Part shown: piece after piece, positions 29,978-32,000 of the stretch
How positions within the stretch are numbered: position 1 is the stretch's first letter
Layout: every line of letters starts with the position of its first letter
Source: Candidatus Saccharimonadota bacterium
GTDB taxonomy: Bacteria > Patescibacteriota > Gracilibacteria > Absconditabacterales > Absconditicoccaceae
Direction: 5' to 3'
Assembly: GCA_030429145.1 (NCBI GenBank)
Contig: JAUIDC010000001.1
Location: forward strand, 660,001 to 692,000
DNA: 32,000 nt
Notes under the pieces: model-generated
What the model was told of the DNA's origin: nothing
Database searches by the model: none
What the model saw: only the letters and a program-made list of their open reading frames with translations
Position numbers and translations under genes: made by a program

Positions 29978-31771
29978 CTATTGTATAGAACCAGTAGTGT
30001 TTACCGATCCTGTTGTGTTCACGCTTCCTGTAGTAGCGTTGCTACCAGTAGATGTTGATGGATTGTTGTTCATGTATCCTGGTTGGAGAGGAATGATCTC
30101 TTTGATAACATAGTATGGAGGAGTGCTTGGTCAAAGCGTATAGCTTGCTTTCCCGTCAGCAAATGGTCTGATAGTTCCTTCGATAACCGCGGTGTCATTG
30201 ACCATGAAATTTGCAATACCCACTTTTCTCGTACCGTCGAGAGAGTAGATGTCTCCATACCAAACATATTGTTTGTCATAGTATTTATGTACAGTGTTCT
30301 TTTCTATCTTATATGTAGTGCCAAAGACATCTATGAGGAAGTAGTCGTTGTTTTGGTCGAGAAGGTAGGTGTTCATAAGGATGTATCCTCTTGCCCAGTC
30401 GCCAGTATTGACGATAAGGTTTTTATCGTTTCCTATCATGGTGATGAGTTGGTTTTTCATGATGTCACTATTTAGACTCTGTACAAGAGTGTTTTTCACT
30501 CTGAGTCTGTACATAAGTGTCGCCATCTCATATCTCGTTACAGGTCTGTTAAAGTTCTCACTACTTGCTTCATTGATAAGTCCTAGTTCATTTGCTTTCG
30601 TAAAGTAGTTTGACCATCGAGGTATGATGTTTTCATCTTGTGGTTGGTCGAACATCCTGAGAAGGACAGCAATAGCCTCAGCTCTTGAAAGAGATTTTGT
30701 CGGAGCAAAATAACCATCACCTCACTTGAGGATATTGAGCTGACATGACTTTTTGATCCAGCCGCTGAGTGTCGCATCAGCATTGCCAATGTCGCTAAAT
30801 GTACAACTATCTGGTGTTACAACCGTCTTGTTTGGAAACATAAGCTCTCTGTATTGTACAAGCATCTTTGCTGCTTGCTCTCTGGTGAGTACGTCAAATG
30901 CACCAAATCCTGCTGCACCAGTAAACTTTGTTAACCCATTGTCATACATCCATCGAACAGCTTCTTTGAATTCGATGTCGTCAGTTGCGTTTGAGCCCTG
31001 TCCGATGAGATTGAGGACGCTGTTGTTGCTGCTACCAGTTGTTGACACCGAACCTGATGTGCCAATCTGTGACGCAGGCACTAGTGGTTCTACTGGCTCT
31101 CCGTCCGCATAGATCTTCTTAAATCTGTGGAGAATAAGCGCGAGCTCATATCTTGAAACAGGATTTCGGAAGTTTTCCATGTTGGTTTCTTTAGTCATAC
31201 CAAGCTGTTGAGCTTTGACGAAGTAGTTTGACCACCATGGTGTTACTGACTCGTTGAGCTGTCCATCGCTGAACATTCTAATGAGAGCAGCACTGAGCTC
31301 TGCTTTTGTGATAGTTCTGCCTGGAGCAAACAGTCCTTCTGACCCTTTGAAAATGCTGAACTGACAAGCGTCGAGAATATAGGGCTTCAGTGTTGGATCT
31401 GCATCTGTCGTGTCAGTAAACTGACAGTTGCTGATGTCTACTCTTGGAGGATTTTCCACATATGTTGTGAAGAACTGTGCGAGCATTTTTGCTGCCTGTT
31501 CTCTTGTCACCATATTAAATGGAGCATATGTCTCCTGTGTATTATATCTCGTGATTTGTGTGTTATACATCCATCCGAGTGCAGTGTCAAACTCGCTATC
31601 ATCTACAACAGTCTTTGTCTGTACTGTTCCAGATGTCGCCGTATATGTGTCTGCGATAGCGTTTTGTACGATATCTCCAATCGGAGCATTCACGTCATCT
31701 GCAAATACAGCACTACCTAAAACAAGTGCTGTTAATCCTGTAAATATACCAATTCTATAAAGAGATTTCAT
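29978..31771 (-). CDS. Secreted surface protein with two tandem triplets of SLH-like domains plus a C-terminal domain and an S/T/N-rich tail (597 aa)
   Basis: Signal peptide: MKSLYRIGIFTGLTALVLGSAVFA/DD. ORFs 30722-31771 and 30131-30655 plus the tail are joined by TGA at 30722 and 30131. Repeated SLH-like units carry the TRxE/TKAE motif (VTREQAAKML, ITKAELSAALIRMF, VSRYELALILHRF; second copy LTREQAAKML, LSRAEAIAVLLRMF, VTRYEMATLMYRL). The TAG at 29978 lies 28 nt before the ruvB ATG. Confidence 0.8.
30540..31770 (-). repeat. Diverged tandem duplication (about 620 bp x2) inside the SLH gene
   Basis: DNA-level echoes lie about 618-620 bp apart. AAGTAGTTTGACCA occurs at 30603 and 31221. ATCTTTGCTGCTTGCTCTCTGGT (about 30865) matches ATTTTTGCTGCCTGTTCTCTTGT (about 31485). 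The encoded three-domain modules are colinear. Confidence 0.6.
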
Positions 31772-31945
31772 GTCTCACCATGATAAAATAAAAATCAGTG
31801 TTAAAACTATACAATCCGTAGTGACTTGCAACAGTTTTGTACCATTTTTTTATGTTTTTATGATATAGTATACTAGGTCTTGAAACCTGAGAACCTATAT
31901 GTATACTGAGTACAAATATAAGGTTTATTCCATTTCGTTTTCTCT

Positions 31946-32000
31946 ATGGCTGAGGATAAACTGCTCAATCTTTTAGGTGTTGTCATCGACAACTATATCA
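31946..32000 (+). CDS. Start of an unidentified ORF running off the window
   Basis: The ATG at 31946 gives MAEDKLLNLLGVVIDNYI..., open to the window edge and divergent from the SLH gene. It is too short to assess. Confidence 0.2.
   Translation, partial: MAEDKLLNLLGVVIDNYI

Noticed and set aside
667-31771. Reading the many short same-frame ORFs (dnaE, amidase, elp3, nhaP, ruvB and others) as a region full of pseudogenes or frameshifted genes.
   Set aside because: All interruptions are in-frame TGA with no frame changes. They coincide with conserved glycines, and the genes end cleanly in TAA or TAG. Recoding explains everything without invoking decay.
1-32000. CRISPR arrays, rRNA or tRNA genes, IS elements, and toxin-antitoxin or restriction-type defence cassettes.
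   Set aside because: I found no spaced direct repeats, no structured-RNA signatures in the intergenic regions longer than 100 bp, and no recognisable nuclease, methylase, integrase or transposase motifs in any table-25 translation I examined.

Overview
This 32-kb chromosomal window comes from an uncultivated, CPR-type bacterium that reads UGA as glycine (translation table 25). Gracilibacteria (BD1-5) and Absconditabacteria (SR1) are the only bacterial lineages known to do this. Under the standard code almost every gene looks shattered. Every break is an in-frame TGA, many of them opposite universally conserved glycines, and every gene model ends in TAA or TAG. Re-read with TGA=Gly, the window holds about 28 tightly packed genes. 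Replication and repair genes are dnaA, gyrB, holB, rnpA, ruvA, ruvB and a dnaE encoded in two separate pieces. Envelope genes are an amidase-SpoIID fusion, a GT4 glycosyltransferase and a 6xSLH surface protein. Also present are two AI-2E transporters, a CPA1 antiporter, a zinc-finger-less DnaJ, a bacterial Elp3 radical-SAM/GNAT enzyme, a SpoU methyltransferase and several orphan proteins. I found no rRNA, tRNA, CRISPR array, transposase or integrase. The observations most worth follow-up are: (1) dnaE is split between the PHP domain and the polymerase core by 4.6 kb of housekeeping genes, with no intein; (2) Elp3, a U34 tRNA modifier, sits in a genome that decodes UGA with a U34 tRNA; (3) a peptidoglycan amidase is fused to SpoIID/LytB; (4) one TGA sits exactly where a stop codon would be expected, directly before a terminator hairpin and the next gene's promoter; (5) two genes are invisible to a table-11 ORF scan. 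All product calls come from reading motifs by eye. No database search was run.
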